DNA from: an uncultured Spirochaetota bacterium
GTDB lineage: Bacteria; Spirochaetota; Spirochaetia; SZUA-6; Fen-1364
Length of the DNA: 64,000 bases
Assembly (NCBI GenBank): GCA_963820525.1
Contig: CAWGAA010000001.1
Location: 3,139,909-3,203,908, forward strand
Reading direction: 5' to 3'
Shown here one piece after another: positions 41,933 through 52,037 of this stretch. The notes under the pieces are model-generated. The model saw only the letters and a list, made by a program, of their open reading frames with translations, was not told where the DNA came from and did not search any database. Position 1 is the stretch's first letter; the number at the start of each line of letters is the position of its first letter. The position numbers and the translations under genes were made by a program.

Positions 41933-42034
41933 TTCGCGGGCACCTTTCCCGCCGCGGATCCGGCGGACGATCTCGAGCGCGCCGCGGCGATTCTTTCTTC
42001 CTTCACTATCGCATGCCCCTCCCGGCACAATCTA

Positions 42035-42970
42035 TCATTTTGCTCGGCCGCGTGTCAGGGCGGCCAGGAGATTCTCCACCGCGATGCGCGTGGCCCGGGA
42101 AACGCTCTCTGCGGTAAACGCGCCGATGTGCGGCGTCGTGATGACACGATCATGGCGCAACAGCGGGCTCGGCTCGGGTGGCTCCCTCTCGTAGGCGTCC
42201 ACCGCGTACCCGCCGAGCGTCCCCTCCTCGAGCGCCCGGAGGACCGCCACGTCCTCCACCAAGCCGGCCCGGGCCGTGTTGATCAGAAGGGCGCCCTTCT
42301 TCATGCGCGTCAGGGCGGCGCTGTCAATGATCGGCTTCTCTCCCGGAGCGTGCGGGCAATGGAGGGTGACGATGTCCGAGGACTCCATCACCTCCTCCAG
42401 GGTCACGTAGCGGAAAGCCGGGGAAGGAGCGTAGGCTGCATCGGGGAACACGTCGAAGCCGAGGATGCGCATATCCATTGCCAGAGCGAAGTGAGTTACC
42501 AACTTGCCTATCCGGCCTGTGCCGATCACCCCGAGGATCCTGCCATCCAGCTCGCACCCCTGTCGCCGCTCCCAGCCTCCCGCTTTCATCCGCGCGTCGC
42601 TCGCCGGCAGGGAGCGCGCGAGGGAAAACATGAGGCCCAAGGTGAGTTCGGCCACTCCGCGTGCGTTGGCGCCGTCGGCGCGCAGGACCTCGATCCCGCG
42701 GCGCTTGCAGGCGGCGAGGTCGATAGAGTCCACGCCAGTGCCGTTCCTGCTGATGGCGAGGAGGTCCGGCGCGGCGGCGAGCACCGCGTCTGTGATCCTC
42801 TCCACCCCCGCGATCCAGCCGACGCAACCGGGCACGAGGCGAATCAGCTCCGCCTCGTCAGGGGCCTTGCCCGGAGTACAGAACACGACCTCATAGCCGG
42901 CGTCTTTCAGCTCAGAAAGCGCCGGATCCCCTCCCTTCGTGATGGAGCGCGGCGTGACGAGAATCTTCAT
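42035..42970 (-). CDS. D-2-hydroxyacid dehydrogenase (phosphoglycerate dehydrogenase-like)
   Basis: GTGRIG, LINTARAG, DAYEREPP and TPHIGA motifs. Confidence 0.92.
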   Translation of the reverse strand: MKILVTPRSITKGGDPALSELKDAGYEVVFCTPGKAPDEAELIRLVPGCVGWIAGVERITDAVLAAAPDLLAISRNGTGVDSIDLAACKRRGIEVLRADGANARGVAELTLGLMFSLARSLPASDARMKAGGWERRQGCELDGRILGVIGTGRIGKLVTHFALAMDMRILGFDVFPDAAYAPSPAFRYVTLEEVMESSDIVTLHCPHAPGEKPIIDSAALTRMKKGALLINTARAGLVEDVAVLRALEEGTLGGYAVDAYEREPPEPSPLLRHDRVITTPHIGAFTAESVSRATRIAVENLLAALTRGRAK

Positions 42971-43554
42971 TGACGGACGATCTCCACCGTGCCGCCGCTT
43001 TTGAACACACGCAGCGGGAATCCCTCCTTCTCGATGTCGCGGTAATTATGCCCCGCGTTGCCCGGGTAGGCGCAGAAAGTGATCAGGGGCTCGTCGCACG
43101 TATTCACCGTCCGATGGCCCCAGTAGGGGGGAACGTAGCACAAGCGGCCGGGGTAGAGGGGCTCGTAGGCGCTCTGTCCGTCGGCAAGTTTCATCAGCAT
43201 GTAGCCCGCCCCGTGCAGGCACAGGTAGATCTCCGCAGTGTCCGGCACCTCGTGGTAGTGTCCCTTGGTCATGAAGCATTCGCCTCCCACCGTGCCGGGG
43301 TAGGTCTTGCTGAGGCAGAACATCACCTGACCGGACTCCAGGGGGACCTTCATCTCGAAGACTTCGTAGTGCAGCGGGTCGCCCTGCGCGATCAGGGCCT
43401 CCAGCGCTTTCGCGTCCTTGTAGTGGCCGCGCATGCTCGATGCCTGCCGGACGACGCGGTTGTCCGGGTTCATCATGATCCCACGGATCAGGTCGAAGTC
43501 CACGCCGAACGGCATCATCCGTCGCGTCGCCGACCCCGCATCGTGCTCCTTCAT
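42967..43554 (-). CDS. Cupin-type glucose-6-phosphate isomerase family protein
   Basis: PGTVGGECFMTKGHYH, EIY, VPPYWGHRTVN and AGHNY cupin-PGI motifs. Confidence 0.88.
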   Translation of the reverse strand: MKEHDAGSATRRMMPFGVDFDLIRGIMMNPDNRVVRQASSMRGHYKDAKALEALIAQGDPLHYEVFEMKVPLESGQVMFCLSKTYPGTVGGECFMTKGHYHEVPDTAEIYLCLHGAGYMLMKLADGQSAYEPLYPGRLCYVPPYWGHRTVNTCDEPLITFCAYPGNAGHNYRDIEKEGFPLRVFKSGGTVEIVRQ

Positions 43555-43562
43555 CGCCGCGC

Positions 43563-45089
43563 TCAATGTGCGTCCCTCCCCCACGTGTTCAAGGCCTCGA
43601 GGAGGGACGCATAACGCTCGAGTCTCCTTCGGCAGGCTGCCGCGCGTCGGGGATCGGGCTCAGTGACGGCGCAGGTGCGAATCCATCGCGCCGCCGTACC
43701 GTCCATGTCCTTCAGGATGCCCACCCCGTAGCCGGCAAGCAGGGCGGAGCCCAGCGGCGCGCCGCCCGCGCCCTGCACCTGCACGATGGGCACGCCGAGG
43801 GTGTCGGCCTTAATCCGGTTCCAGAGGGGACTCTTCTCGCCGCCGCCGGTGACCCGTACCTCGCGAATCGTTCCGGCTCCGAACAGGGTTTCAAGGGTGC
43901 GTACGTAGATTCCATACTCGAGCGCCACCCCCTCGAGCAGGGCGCGATACAGGTGGCCGGGGCCATGGCTCCATGTGAGCCCGACCCACGCGCCGCGCAG
44001 CATCGGTTGGCTGGGGCTGACCCTTCCGCCCAGATGGGGAATGAAGAGCGGATCGTCCTCCGCCGGGGTGACCTCGGCGGCCATCTTTTCCAGGCGTGCG
44101 AGGTCGGGTGGCGTGGCTCCGGCCCCGGCGAACGCCCCCGCGATTCCTTCCCGGAACCATTCGAGGTTCAAGCCGCCGCCATTGATGTACGCGTAGGGAT
44201 GCCAGAGCCCGGGCGTTGCCGAGCGGCCGCAGCTCAATATCATCGCCTGCTCGTCGGGCCGGTAGTCCGCCGTCGTGGCCGCAAAGACGGAAGCGGTTCC
44301 CGCCACGTCCACGCTGATTCCGGGCCGGGTGGCCCCGCAGGAGAGGAAGCTCGCCGCCGTGTCCCCGCAGCCGGCAATGACAGGCGTGCCGGGAGGCAAA
44401 GAGCATTTCTCCGCCATATCCGGCACGATCTCGCCGATCCGCTCGGTGGAGGAGACAATACGGGGGAGCACGGACGGATCGACGTCGAAAAGGGAGCACA
44501 GCACGGGATCCCATCGGCCGGCCTCCGTGTCGGCGAAGCCCGAGAAGTGCAGGTAGCTCCTGTCGATGAAGGCGCGCGCTCCGTCCAAGCCGCAGAGGCG
44601 CATCGCCGCATACCCGCCGGGCTGCACCCACGAACGGACGCGGCCATATACCTCCGGACGTTCGTGCTTCCACCAGAGGATCTTGGGCCCATGGTTGAGA
44701 CTGGGAGGCCCTCCGGTCTTTCTCACGATCTCGGCCCCAGCCGTCTCCTTCATCCGCTCAATCCAGGGTCCGCAGCGCGTGTCCAGCCAGGAGTCGTACG
44801 GAGTGACGTTGCGCCCGTCCTCGCCCACACCGATGACGCCGGCCATCTGGCCGTCAATGGCAAGCGCGCGAATGGTTCCTCTTCCGCGCACCTTCGCGCT
44901 GCACTCGGCAATGACCTCGCAGGTGGATTGCACCTGCAGCTCCGGATCCTCTTCCACCGTACCCGCCGAGGGACGGTGCAGTACCGACTTCTGGAAGGCA
45001 TCCACGAAACAAAGTCCCTCCCCGTCATAAATGGCTGCCTTGACGCCCTGGGTGCCGATGTCCACGCCTATGAAGAGGTCCCTGCTCAT
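43563..45089 (-). CDS. FGGY-family carbohydrate kinase
   Basis: GVDIGTQG, DGQMAG, WLDTR, GCGDTAA and TGGG motifs. Confidence 0.92.
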   Translation of the reverse strand: MSRDLFIGVDIGTQGVKAAIYDGEGLCFVDAFQKSVLHRPSAGTVEEDPELQVQSTCEVIAECSAKVRGRGTIRALAIDGQMAGVIGVGEDGRNVTPYDSWLDTRCGPWIERMKETAGAEIVRKTGGPPSLNHGPKILWWKHERPEVYGRVRSWVQPGGYAAMRLCGLDGARAFIDRSYLHFSGFADTEAGRWDPVLCSLFDVDPSVLPRIVSSTERIGEIVPDMAEKCSLPPGTPVIAGCGDTAASFLSCGATRPGISVDVAGTASVFAATTADYRPDEQAMILSCGRSATPGLWHPYAYINGGGLNLEWFREGIAGAFAGAGATPPDLARLEKMAAEVTPAEDDPLFIPHLGGRVSPSQPMLRGAWVGLTWSHGPGHLYRALLEGVALEYGIYVRTLETLFGAGTIREVRVTGGGEKSPLWNRIKADTLGVPIVQVQGAGGAPLGSALLAGYGVGILKDMDGTAARWIRTCAVTEPDPRRAAACRRRLERYASLLEALNTWGRDAH

Positions 45090-46129
45090 GGCATTTCGAT
45101 GACGCTCTTCAGGCCTTTACCCTGCATGACATGCGTGAAGCAGGCGTGGATGCCTTCAATGTCTGCGGTTCCCGTGGCGAGGTCCCGCACCACGACCCGG
45201 CGGGAGCCCACGAGGGCGAGGGAGGCGCGGTACTGCGCGAGGTTCGACCGCGTGGTGCCGGTGATCGTGATCTGCTTGTAGTGCACGAGGTTCGTGTCCA
45301 GAGCGACCTTGCTCATGCCTTCCGTCAGCCCGCCGAAGAACATGACCCGGCCGTTCAAGCCCACGAGCTCGAGGGAAAGAGCCTGCGCCTCCGCCGACGG
45401 CGCCGCGATGATGCACACGCTCACCCCCCTGCCGCCGGTCTCGATGAGTACCTTCTCTGCGAGGGCCTCGCTGTCCATGGCGATGACCCCCGGTTCTATC
45501 TTCGCGCACAACGCCATCCTCTCCCGGTTCAGGTCGTTCATGAGCACTTTGGCCGCGCCCGCCATAAGGGCGAGCTTCGCGTGCATGAGCCCGATCGGCC
45601 CGGCGCCGATCACCAGGACGGTGTCGCCGGGCGAGATGGCGATCCTCTGGAACGCATTGTAGACGCAGGAGAGCGGTTCCACCATGGCCGCAGAGACGAA
45701 ATCGACGCCATCGGGGATCAGGGCCACGTTGCCCTGACGGACCGCCTCCCGGGGTACCCGCATGAACTCGGCGAAGGCGCCGGGGATGTTGATCCCAAAG
45801 GCCTGGTAGGAGGCGCAGAGTTGGGTGTTGCCGCTCACGCACTCGTCACAGACCCCGCAGCCCATATTGGGCGCCACGGCGACCCTCATCCCGGGAGCGT
45901 AGCCTTTCACTCCTTCTCCAACCTCATCCACGATCCCGCTGGTCTCATGGCCGAGGATGAGGGGGCTTTGCGGCGTGACGCCGCGGGCGCCGCCACGGAA
46001 CATGCGTATGTCGGTGCCGCAGATTGCGGCCGCCTTGACGCGCAGGAGGATGTCGCCGGCGCCGATGGCGGGGAGTGGAACGTCCTCGATACGGAGGTCT
46101 TCCTTTCCATATAAAAGCGCGGCGCGCAT
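45086..46129 (-). CDS. Zinc-dependent polyol/alcohol dehydrogenase (MDR family)
   Basis: ICGTD, GHE, structural Zn site CGVCDEC...C, EPLSC and GAGPIG motifs. Start at ATG 46129. Confidence 0.92.
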   Translation of the reverse strand: MRAALLYGKEDLRIEDVPLPAIGAGDILLRVKAAAICGTDIRMFRGGARGVTPQSPLILGHETSGIVDEVGEGVKGYAPGMRVAVAPNMGCGVCDECVSGNTQLCASYQAFGINIPGAFAEFMRVPREAVRQGNVALIPDGVDFVSAAMVEPLSCVYNAFQRIAISPGDTVLVIGAGPIGLMHAKLALMAGAAKVLMNDLNRERMALCAKIEPGVIAMDSEALAEKVLIETGGRGVSVCIIAAPSAEAQALSLELVGLNGRVMFFGGLTEGMSKVALDTNLVHYKQITITGTTRSNLAQYRASLALVGSRRVVVRDLATGTADIEGIHACFTHVMQGKGLKSVIEMP

Positions 46130-46131
46130 CG

Positions 46132-47172
46132 CTACTCTGCCCTTCCTTGCACGCGTACCGGTGCCCGCTTCGCTATGGACCTGTTTCCCGCGTTGACGAC
46201 GGCGACCGCCATCCGCCCGTCCAGGCCCTGCACCCTCGGCTCGCGGTCTTCGAGGATACAGTCGACGAAGTCCTGGTCTTCGGCGAGATATGCCTCGGTA
46301 AAGAGGGAGCGCCAACTCTTCACGCAGGACCGGACGATCCCCTTATCGGTGGAACAGCCCACCACGGTGTTCTCCTCCATGCGCCCCACGAACAACACGC
46401 CGTGGGTGCCGACGATCTCCATCCTCGCGTCGTAGCCGTAGCCGACGGAAACGGCGCCGTCGATGAACCCCTGCCGTCCGTCGGCGAAACGGCAGAGCAT
46501 GGACACATTGTCGTAGAAGTCGGGATACTTCTCCACCGCTTGGGGGCAGCGGAAGTTGCCGCCGAGCGCGTACACTTCATCGATCTCGCTTCCGACATAC
46601 CAGCGCAGAGCGTCGATGTCGTGGCTGTTCACCTCGGCCAGCGGGCCGTTGCTTTTGCAGATGTCGTACATCCACTCCTGCGGGACGCTGGGGCCCCTGG
46701 TCACGGACTTCGCCAAGACCACCTCCCCGATCTCCCCCGCGTCGACGCGCTCCTTGGCGGCGCGGAAGCTCTCGTCGAAGCGCCGCATGAAGGCGATCTG
46801 AAGCTTCACACGCGCCTGCGCGCAGGCGTCGATCATCCGGTCGCATTCCCGCACATCCACGGCCATGGGCTTCTCGCACAGCACGTGTTTTCCCGCGCGC
46901 GCGGCCTCGATCACCACGTCATGGTGCAGCGCGGTAGGGGTCACCACAATGACCGCGTCCACCTCGGGATCATCGAGGGCTTGGCGGTAGTCCGAATAAC
47001 CTTCTTCCTCCCTCTCCAGCTCCTTGCACGCCGCCTTCAGCGTGAGGGGATGCGGATCGACGACGGCCGCGAGCCTGGCCTTCGTGACCCGGTGGGCGAA
47101 GTTCCGCGCATGGATCATCCCTGCTCTGCCCACACCAATAACACATATCCCGACTTTCCCGTCTTTCTCCAT
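46132..47172 (-). CDS. Gfo/Idh/MocA oxidoreductase (inositol 2-dehydrogenase-like)
   Basis: GVGRAG, CEKP, FMRRFD and HDID motifs. Confidence 0.92.
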   Translation of the reverse strand: MEKDGKVGICVIGVGRAGMIHARNFAHRVTKARLAAVVDPHPLTLKAACKELEREEEGYSDYRQALDDPEVDAVIVVTPTALHHDVVIEAARAGKHVLCEKPMAVDVRECDRMIDACAQARVKLQIAFMRRFDESFRAAKERVDAGEIGEVVLAKSVTRGPSVPQEWMYDICKSNGPLAEVNSHDIDALRWYVGSEIDEVYALGGNFRCPQAVEKYPDFYDNVSMLCRFADGRQGFIDGAVSVGYGYDARMEIVGTHGVLFVGRMEENTVVGCSTDKGIVRSCVKSWRSLFTEAYLAEDQDFVDCILEDREPRVQGLDGRMAVAVVNAGNRSIAKRAPVRVQGRAE

Positions 47173-47520
47173 CCAGATCCATTCTCCTACCTGCAGATGT
47201 TTGCTTTTATTCTGACATTTTTTCCTTTTCTGTCAAGTACTATCTTTTTCTATCATATCGTATCTGTTTCAGGTCAGAACCACCGTGCACAAGACCTAGA
47301 GACAAGCTATATATAGTTTTTATCGTATGCATAAAGAAGCCATGAACGAGGAAGCGTTCTGGATAGTTCGTAAACCGGACATGTTGCGCGTGTAGTGAAG
47401 CACAGGATCCAGGGTGTATTCGGATGTAAACAACTAATTCTTTTATTCACATGGAAATAGCAGATTGTCGTGGTCGGTTTACCCACACGATTTGGAGAAG
47501 ACCAAATTATTTTAAAAAAG

Positions 47521-47549
47521 TTGACAAATTATAGATCCTGCCCTATAAT
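47521..47549 (+). promoter_or_regulatory. Perfect-consensus sigma70 promoter with AT-rich upstream element
   Basis: TTGACA (47521-47526), 17-bp spacer, TATAAT (47544-47549); AAATTATTTTAAAAAAG immediately upstream. Confidence 0.85.
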
Positions 47550-47632
47550 CGCTAAAATATGACAATTAACATGATCATCTGCTGAACAACCAAAGTAAAC
47601 AACAACGGAAAAAAAGAATCCGGAGGTGGAAA

Positions 47633-48877
47633 ATGGAAAGGTCGAAAAGCATGAGGCTGAAGACAGCGATGATGCTCGTAATCATCGTGGTCTTCATCGC
47701 GGTAGTGGGCGTACAGCCGGCAATGAGCCAGGCCAGCTTTGCGCACGGAAAAACGGTATGGCTCCTAATGCCATATACCGGCGAGTTTTGGTGGAATACG
47801 ATCGTAGAGTATGTAGGGAGAGCAGCAAAGCTTGATGGTTGGAACTTCAACTTTACCACTGCAGATGGATCGGACACAACGCAATTCGATCAAATAACCA
47901 CCTATGCACAAAAGGCCGATATATTGTTCGTCTTTCCCACCAGCTTTACTGGCATAAATGAGGCTGTAAGGATAGCAGAAGAGCAATACCACTGTCCCGT
48001 AGTTTCATTTAAAGGCTACATAACTGGGAAAAGTCGTTTTTGCGAAATGTTCGACGACTTCAAGTCAGGAGAATTGATGGCCAAGGAAGCAGTTGCGTGG
48101 ATACAGAAAAAATATGGCACAACAAATGGTAAGACTGTGATTGCCGTCAACGGAGATCTTAAGCAGAGCGGCTGGAAATTGAGACAGGACGGATTCGATT
48201 GGATCAAGGAAAACCATCCAGAGATCAACTATATAGCAATCCAGGGTGGTCTATCGCCTGAGGGATGGGCAGATGTTGCAGATTCCTGTATTGCGGGGGC
48301 CGGATCGAATGCCGATGCGATAATTTCGGCAAGCGATGGCCCCTACCTTCTGGGCACTATCAGCGCATTGGCAAAATACGGCAAACTGTACTACGTAGGG
48401 GACCCAAAGCATATATTCGTAGCCAGTATCGACGGAAAACCATCGACGCTGCAGTGGCTCAGACAGGGGTACATTGACACGGTCTATTCGCAAGTCCCCG
48501 ATGCAATATCTTTTTCAGCGTGGGAGGTAGCGAAAAAATACATTGTGAAAGATGCATCATATCAGAGTTCACCGTACACAATGCCCGAAATCCCCGTGCC
48601 ACTCACGGTTAAGCAACCCGTAGGCAGTTATTGGGGTGGCAAAGACTCGGTTATGAAAATAGAAACAGTTGAATATTCAAAGACCCCTACAGGCACAACG
48701 CCAGCACCTCGTGTCGATAGGAACAACGTTAATACATGGGAGTTATATGGAAACAGTATCATTAGGTTTCTCGGTCAAGATATAAGACCTACCCCAACAT
48801 TTGCAGCGAAAGGAACAAAACCAGCATGGAGCGCGAAACTTTTAAGCGACTACAAGGCATGGGCTGCGAAACAGTGA
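47633..48877 (+). CDS. Sugar ABC transporter substrate-binding protein (type 1 periplasmic binding fold)
   Basis: Signal peptide; FWW, RQDGF, ASIDG and YSQVP motifs of RbsB-like proteins; GGAGG RBS. Confidence 0.82.
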   Translation: MERSKSMRLKTAMMLVIIVVFIAVVGVQPAMSQASFAHGKTVWLLMPYTGEFWWNTIVEYVGRAAKLDGWNFNFTTADGSDTTQFDQITTYAQKADILFVFPTSFTGINEAVRIAEEQYHCPVVSFKGYITGKSRFCEMFDDFKSGELMAKEAVAWIQKKYGTTNGKTVIAVNGDLKQSGWKLRQDGFDWIKENHPEINYIAIQGGLSPEGWADVADSCIAGAGSNADAIISASDGPYLLGTISALAKYGKLYYVGDPKHIFVASIDGKPSTLQWLRQGYIDTVYSQVPDAISFSAWEVAKKYIVKDASYQSSPYTMPEIPVPLTVKQPVGSYWGGKDSVMKIETVEYSKTPTGTTPAPRVDRNNVNTWELYGNSIIRFLGQDIRPTPTFAAKGTKPAWSAKLLSDYKAWAAKQ

Positions 48878-48920
48878 TTCCACTCGTGCCTCGACTGCAT
48901 TAGTTTCTTCATGAACACGG

Positions 48921-48962
48921 CCCTGCCGTAATGTTCCCACGGAGGGGAACATTACGGCAGGG
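48921..48962 (+). terminator. Perfect 18-bp stem-loop after the binding-protein gene (terminator or mRNA stabiliser)
   Basis: CCCTGCCGTAATGTTCCC-acggag-GGGAACATTACGGCAGGG; no U-tract follows. Confidence 0.7.
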
Positions 48963-49229
48963 AAGAATACGTTACAAGGTCATTTCACCGAAGGATGAGT
49001 GTAGGTATGTGGTGCACCTTGTAAACCGGTACGGCGAAAGCCCGGTAAATCCTGTGGCTCGCATTCACTCACAGAGGGAGGGCACTTAGAACCTCTCTGA
49101 AATGAAACCGGGAAGTGCCAGGAAGCTGAGCGAACACTTGCATCTGGCGCCCGCTTGCACCTGATCGGGATGAGAGAAGGAGAGGCGGGCTTCAATTCCT
49201 GAGAGGATGATTGGGATCGAGGGTTTACA

Positions 49230-49979
49230 ATGCAAGGAGCTGGTCCGCTATTGGAGGTGAAGAGCATTTCGAAGAGCTTTGGCACGGTCAGAGCTCTCAG
49301 TAACGTGTCATTTGATCTTGAGAAAGGCAAGATTCTGGGATTGGTTGGAGATAATGGCGCCGGGAGAACTACTCTCCTCACTATATTGAGCGGCGGCCTT
49401 CGGCCGTCCAACGGAGAGATTTGCATCAAGGGGAAGGAAGCACGGTTCAAGAGCCCCGCTGACGCGATGAAAAAAGGTATAGCGATCGTGTACCAGTTTC
49501 TAGAACTAGTGGATATCGCAAAGGTGTGGGAGAATTTCTTCATGGGCAGGGAACTGACCAAAAGAATAGGCCCGCTTGTATTCCTTGACGTGGAGAAGAT
49601 GAAGCGTTTGACAGCAGAATCGATCGCGAAATACGGCCATACATTCGATATAGAGCGTGAAATTGGAGAACTCTCCGGGGGACAGAGACAAATTATCGCA
49701 GTCACCAGGGCCATCGATGCGAATCCCCAAATCCTTTTGCTGGACGAGCCCACCCACGGTTTATCGAAGAGGGTCATAAAAGATATTTTTGATCTTCTCA
49801 GAAAGGCCAAAGAAGAGAAAGACACCTCAATTATCATCACCAGTCAGTGGTATGAACAGGTGAGTGATTTCGTCGATGAGGTGATAGTCCTCAGGAGGGG
49901 CGAGGTTGTAGGCCGTTTCGATGCCGAAGCCGCCGACAGGGTGAAGATCTTTAAGCTCGCAATGGGTTTGGCCAACTGA
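49230..49979 (+). CDS. Sugar ABC ATPase, copy 1 (degenerate Walker A and H-loop, intact signature)
   Basis: GDNGAGRTT, LSGGQ, LLLDEP and ITSQ motifs. Confidence 0.9.
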   Translation: MQGAGPLLEVKSISKSFGTVRALSNVSFDLEKGKILGLVGDNGAGRTTLLTILSGGLRPSNGEICIKGKEARFKSPADAMKKGIAIVYQFLELVDIAKVWENFFMGRELTKRIGPLVFLDVEKMKRLTAESIAKYGHTFDIEREIGELSGGQRQIIAVTRAIDANPQILLLDEPTHGLSKRVIKDIFDLLRKAKEEKDTSIIITSQWYEQVSDFVDEVIVLRRGEVVGRFDAEAADRVKIFKLAMGLAN

Positions 49980-50012
49980 TGCGATCAGTGGATTTGCGCA
50001 GCAGGTAAGCGG

Positions 50013-50753
50013 ATGAGTGGATCTGGAATTATGATGGAAGTGAGGAATATCTCCAAGAATTACGGCACGGTCAGGGCCCTCAGCAATGTGTCATTCGATC
50101 TTGAGAGAGGCAAGATTCTAGGCTTGGTTGGCGATAATGGTGCCGGGAAGTCTACTCTCCTAAAAATCTTGAGCGGTGATCTTCAGCCCTCCGGCGGAGA
50201 AATTTACCTTGAGGGAAGGAAAACAAGGTTCAAGAGTCCAGCTGACGCGATGAAAATAGGAATAGCGATCGCATACCAGTTTTTGGAATTAGTGGACAGT
50301 GCGATGGTATGGGAAAATTTCTTCATGGGCAGGGAACTGACCAAAAGAATTGGCCCCCTCGTGTTCCTTGACATAGGAAAAATGAAGCAGCTAACAGCAG
50401 AGGCAATCGCGAAATACGGCCCTGAATTCGACGTAGAGCGGGAAGCAGGAGAACTCTCCGGGGAGCAAAGACAAATTATCGCAGTCACCAGGGCCATCGA
50501 AGCGAACCCGGAAATCCTCTTCCTGGACGAATCCTTTACTCTGCTGTCTCTGGAGGGAAGAAAGGAGATCGTTGATTTCCTCAGAGAAGTGAACAAAAAG
50601 AGCGACATCACCATGGTGATAGTTTCTCACGATTTGGACCTGGTCAAGGAATTAAGCCATTACATAATGGTGCTGAGAGGAGGTGAAAAGATGTTTTTTG
50701 GCCGCACTGATGAAATCAGCATCGATGAGATAGTAAGGTACATGCTCCCATAA
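50013..50753 (+). CDS. Sugar ABC ATPase, copy 2 (intact Walker A and H-loop, degenerate signature)
   Basis: GDNGAGKST, LSGEQ, LFLDES and VSHD motifs. Confidence 0.9.
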   Translation: MSGSGIMMEVRNISKNYGTVRALSNVSFDLERGKILGLVGDNGAGKSTLLKILSGDLQPSGGEIYLEGRKTRFKSPADAMKIGIAIAYQFLELVDSAMVWENFFMGRELTKRIGPLVFLDIGKMKQLTAEAIAKYGPEFDVEREAGELSGEQRQIIAVTRAIEANPEILFLDESFTLLSLEGRKEIVDFLREVNKKSDITMVIVSHDLDLVKELSHYIMVLRGGEKMFFGRTDEISIDEIVRYMLP

Positions 50754-50770
50754 GATAGGAGGTAAAGCTC

Positions 50771-51733
50771 TTGAAATCGGCGAGATACTTGCTCGGGGCC
50801 GTTCGGACTGGTTTAGTGGAGTACTATACATGGTTCTTGTTCGTAGGGATTTACCTTGTGATGGGTATTTTCGTTCCCACAATCTTCAGGTCTGCAATCT
50901 TATTAAATGTGCTGGTCCAAGGAACAACAGTGTGCCTTCTTTCCATCGGCATGACGTTTGTCATGCTGGTCGGAGAAATTGATCTTTCCATGGTTGCCGT
51001 GGCTGCGTTTTCGCCCATGGCGGGAATACTCTCATGGGAAATAGGTTTTCCGGTGCCGGCTGCCATTTTATTGACATTTTTGATTGGATGCGGAATAGGG
51101 TTTTGTAATGGAGTGATGATTACAAAACTTAAAATCCCGTCATTGGTTCAAACGGTAGCGATGTGGTGGATGTTGGAAGGAATTGTCCTGATTGTCACAC
51201 GAGGCGTGGCAAAGGCCGGGCTCCCGGATATATGGATGTTGTTGGGGAGGGTGTTTATAGGCCCAATTCCATTGCTTGTCTTCTTCTTTCTCGTAGTCGT
51301 CATCATTGCGATACTGTTCGCCAGGCGTACGGTGACTGGGAGAAGACTGTACATGGTCGGGGGGAACAGGGAAGCGTGCAGCGCGATGGGGATTCCTGTC
51401 AATAGAATTAGGATCATTTCATTCATGATTTCTGGATTTTTCGCTGCATTGGCGGGGTATGTCTCATCATCGAGAATGGGATTTGTATCCGCTAGTTTTG
51501 CGGTGGAGTGGCTTATGCCCGCTATCGCGGCTCCGGTGATAGCGGGGGTTAGCTTAACGGGGGGGAGAGGCAATTTCATCAATGTCATTGCCGGAGCCTA
51601 TTTGGTTCAACTAATAGTCATGGTTGTGAGGGCAGGAGGAGTCAGCGGTTATTTCACTGAGTTTGTGCAGGGACTGCTTGTTTTCGTTGCCATCCTGATA
51701 AACACGGGAAGACAGAGAGTCATGGGCCGGTAA
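50771..51733 (+). CDS. Sugar ABC permease (RbsC/CUT2 family)
   Basis: GEIDLS, GRRLYMVGGNREA and GVSLTGGRG motifs. TTG start with GGAGG RBS. Confidence 0.92.
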   Translation: MKSARYLLGAVRTGLVEYYTWFLFVGIYLVMGIFVPTIFRSAILLNVLVQGTTVCLLSIGMTFVMLVGEIDLSMVAVAAFSPMAGILSWEIGFPVPAAILLTFLIGCGIGFCNGVMITKLKIPSLVQTVAMWWMLEGIVLIVTRGVAKAGLPDIWMLLGRVFIGPIPLLVFFFLVVVIIAILFARRTVTGRRLYMVGGNREACSAMGIPVNRIRIISFMISGFFAALAGYVSSSRMGFVSASFAVEWLMPAIAAPVIAGVSLTGGRGNFINVIAGAYLVQLIVMVVRAGGVSGYFTEFVQGLLVFVAILINTGRQRVMGR

Positions 51734-52037
51734 GTCATTGCCAAAACTCTTCTCAATGCGCAGGATCCAGACCAACGATATTTATTTTGACATGGCACCG
51801 GAAAAAGAGATCATGTGAGGAGGTTGATTGGAATGGAAACCATAGTAATGGTTTGGAGCTCGTTGAAAACAGGAACCTGAAGGCACCTCTGAAAGACCGG
51901 AGCAATCAAACATTATGATGATAACAAATGACATCATAATAATTGAGGCGTTTGAATTTGCCAAGCCTGTGACGAATGGCAATAGAATACTACCTTACTA
52001 GCAGATCTCTATAATCTGGAAGGGGCGGAGTATTATC

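Noticed and set aside
40958..45281. Long plus-strand ORFs (671 aa and 571 aa), and similar ones at 10517, 22927 and 31626
   Set aside because: Antisense open frames typical of high-GC coding DNA; they fully overlap well-supported minus-strand genes.
49010..49130. Cobalamin, c-di-GMP or SRP RNA identity for the intergenic structure
   Set aside because: Only short fragments such as GGGAAG..GCCAGGA and GCGAAAGC resemble these; the core consensus elements are missing. Kept as an unassigned candidate.
51734..52037. Possible small gene or riboswitch between the permease and the epimerase
   Set aside because: An RBS and ATG lead to a 15-codon ORF with a possible continuation in another frame; no recognisable family or RNA consensus.
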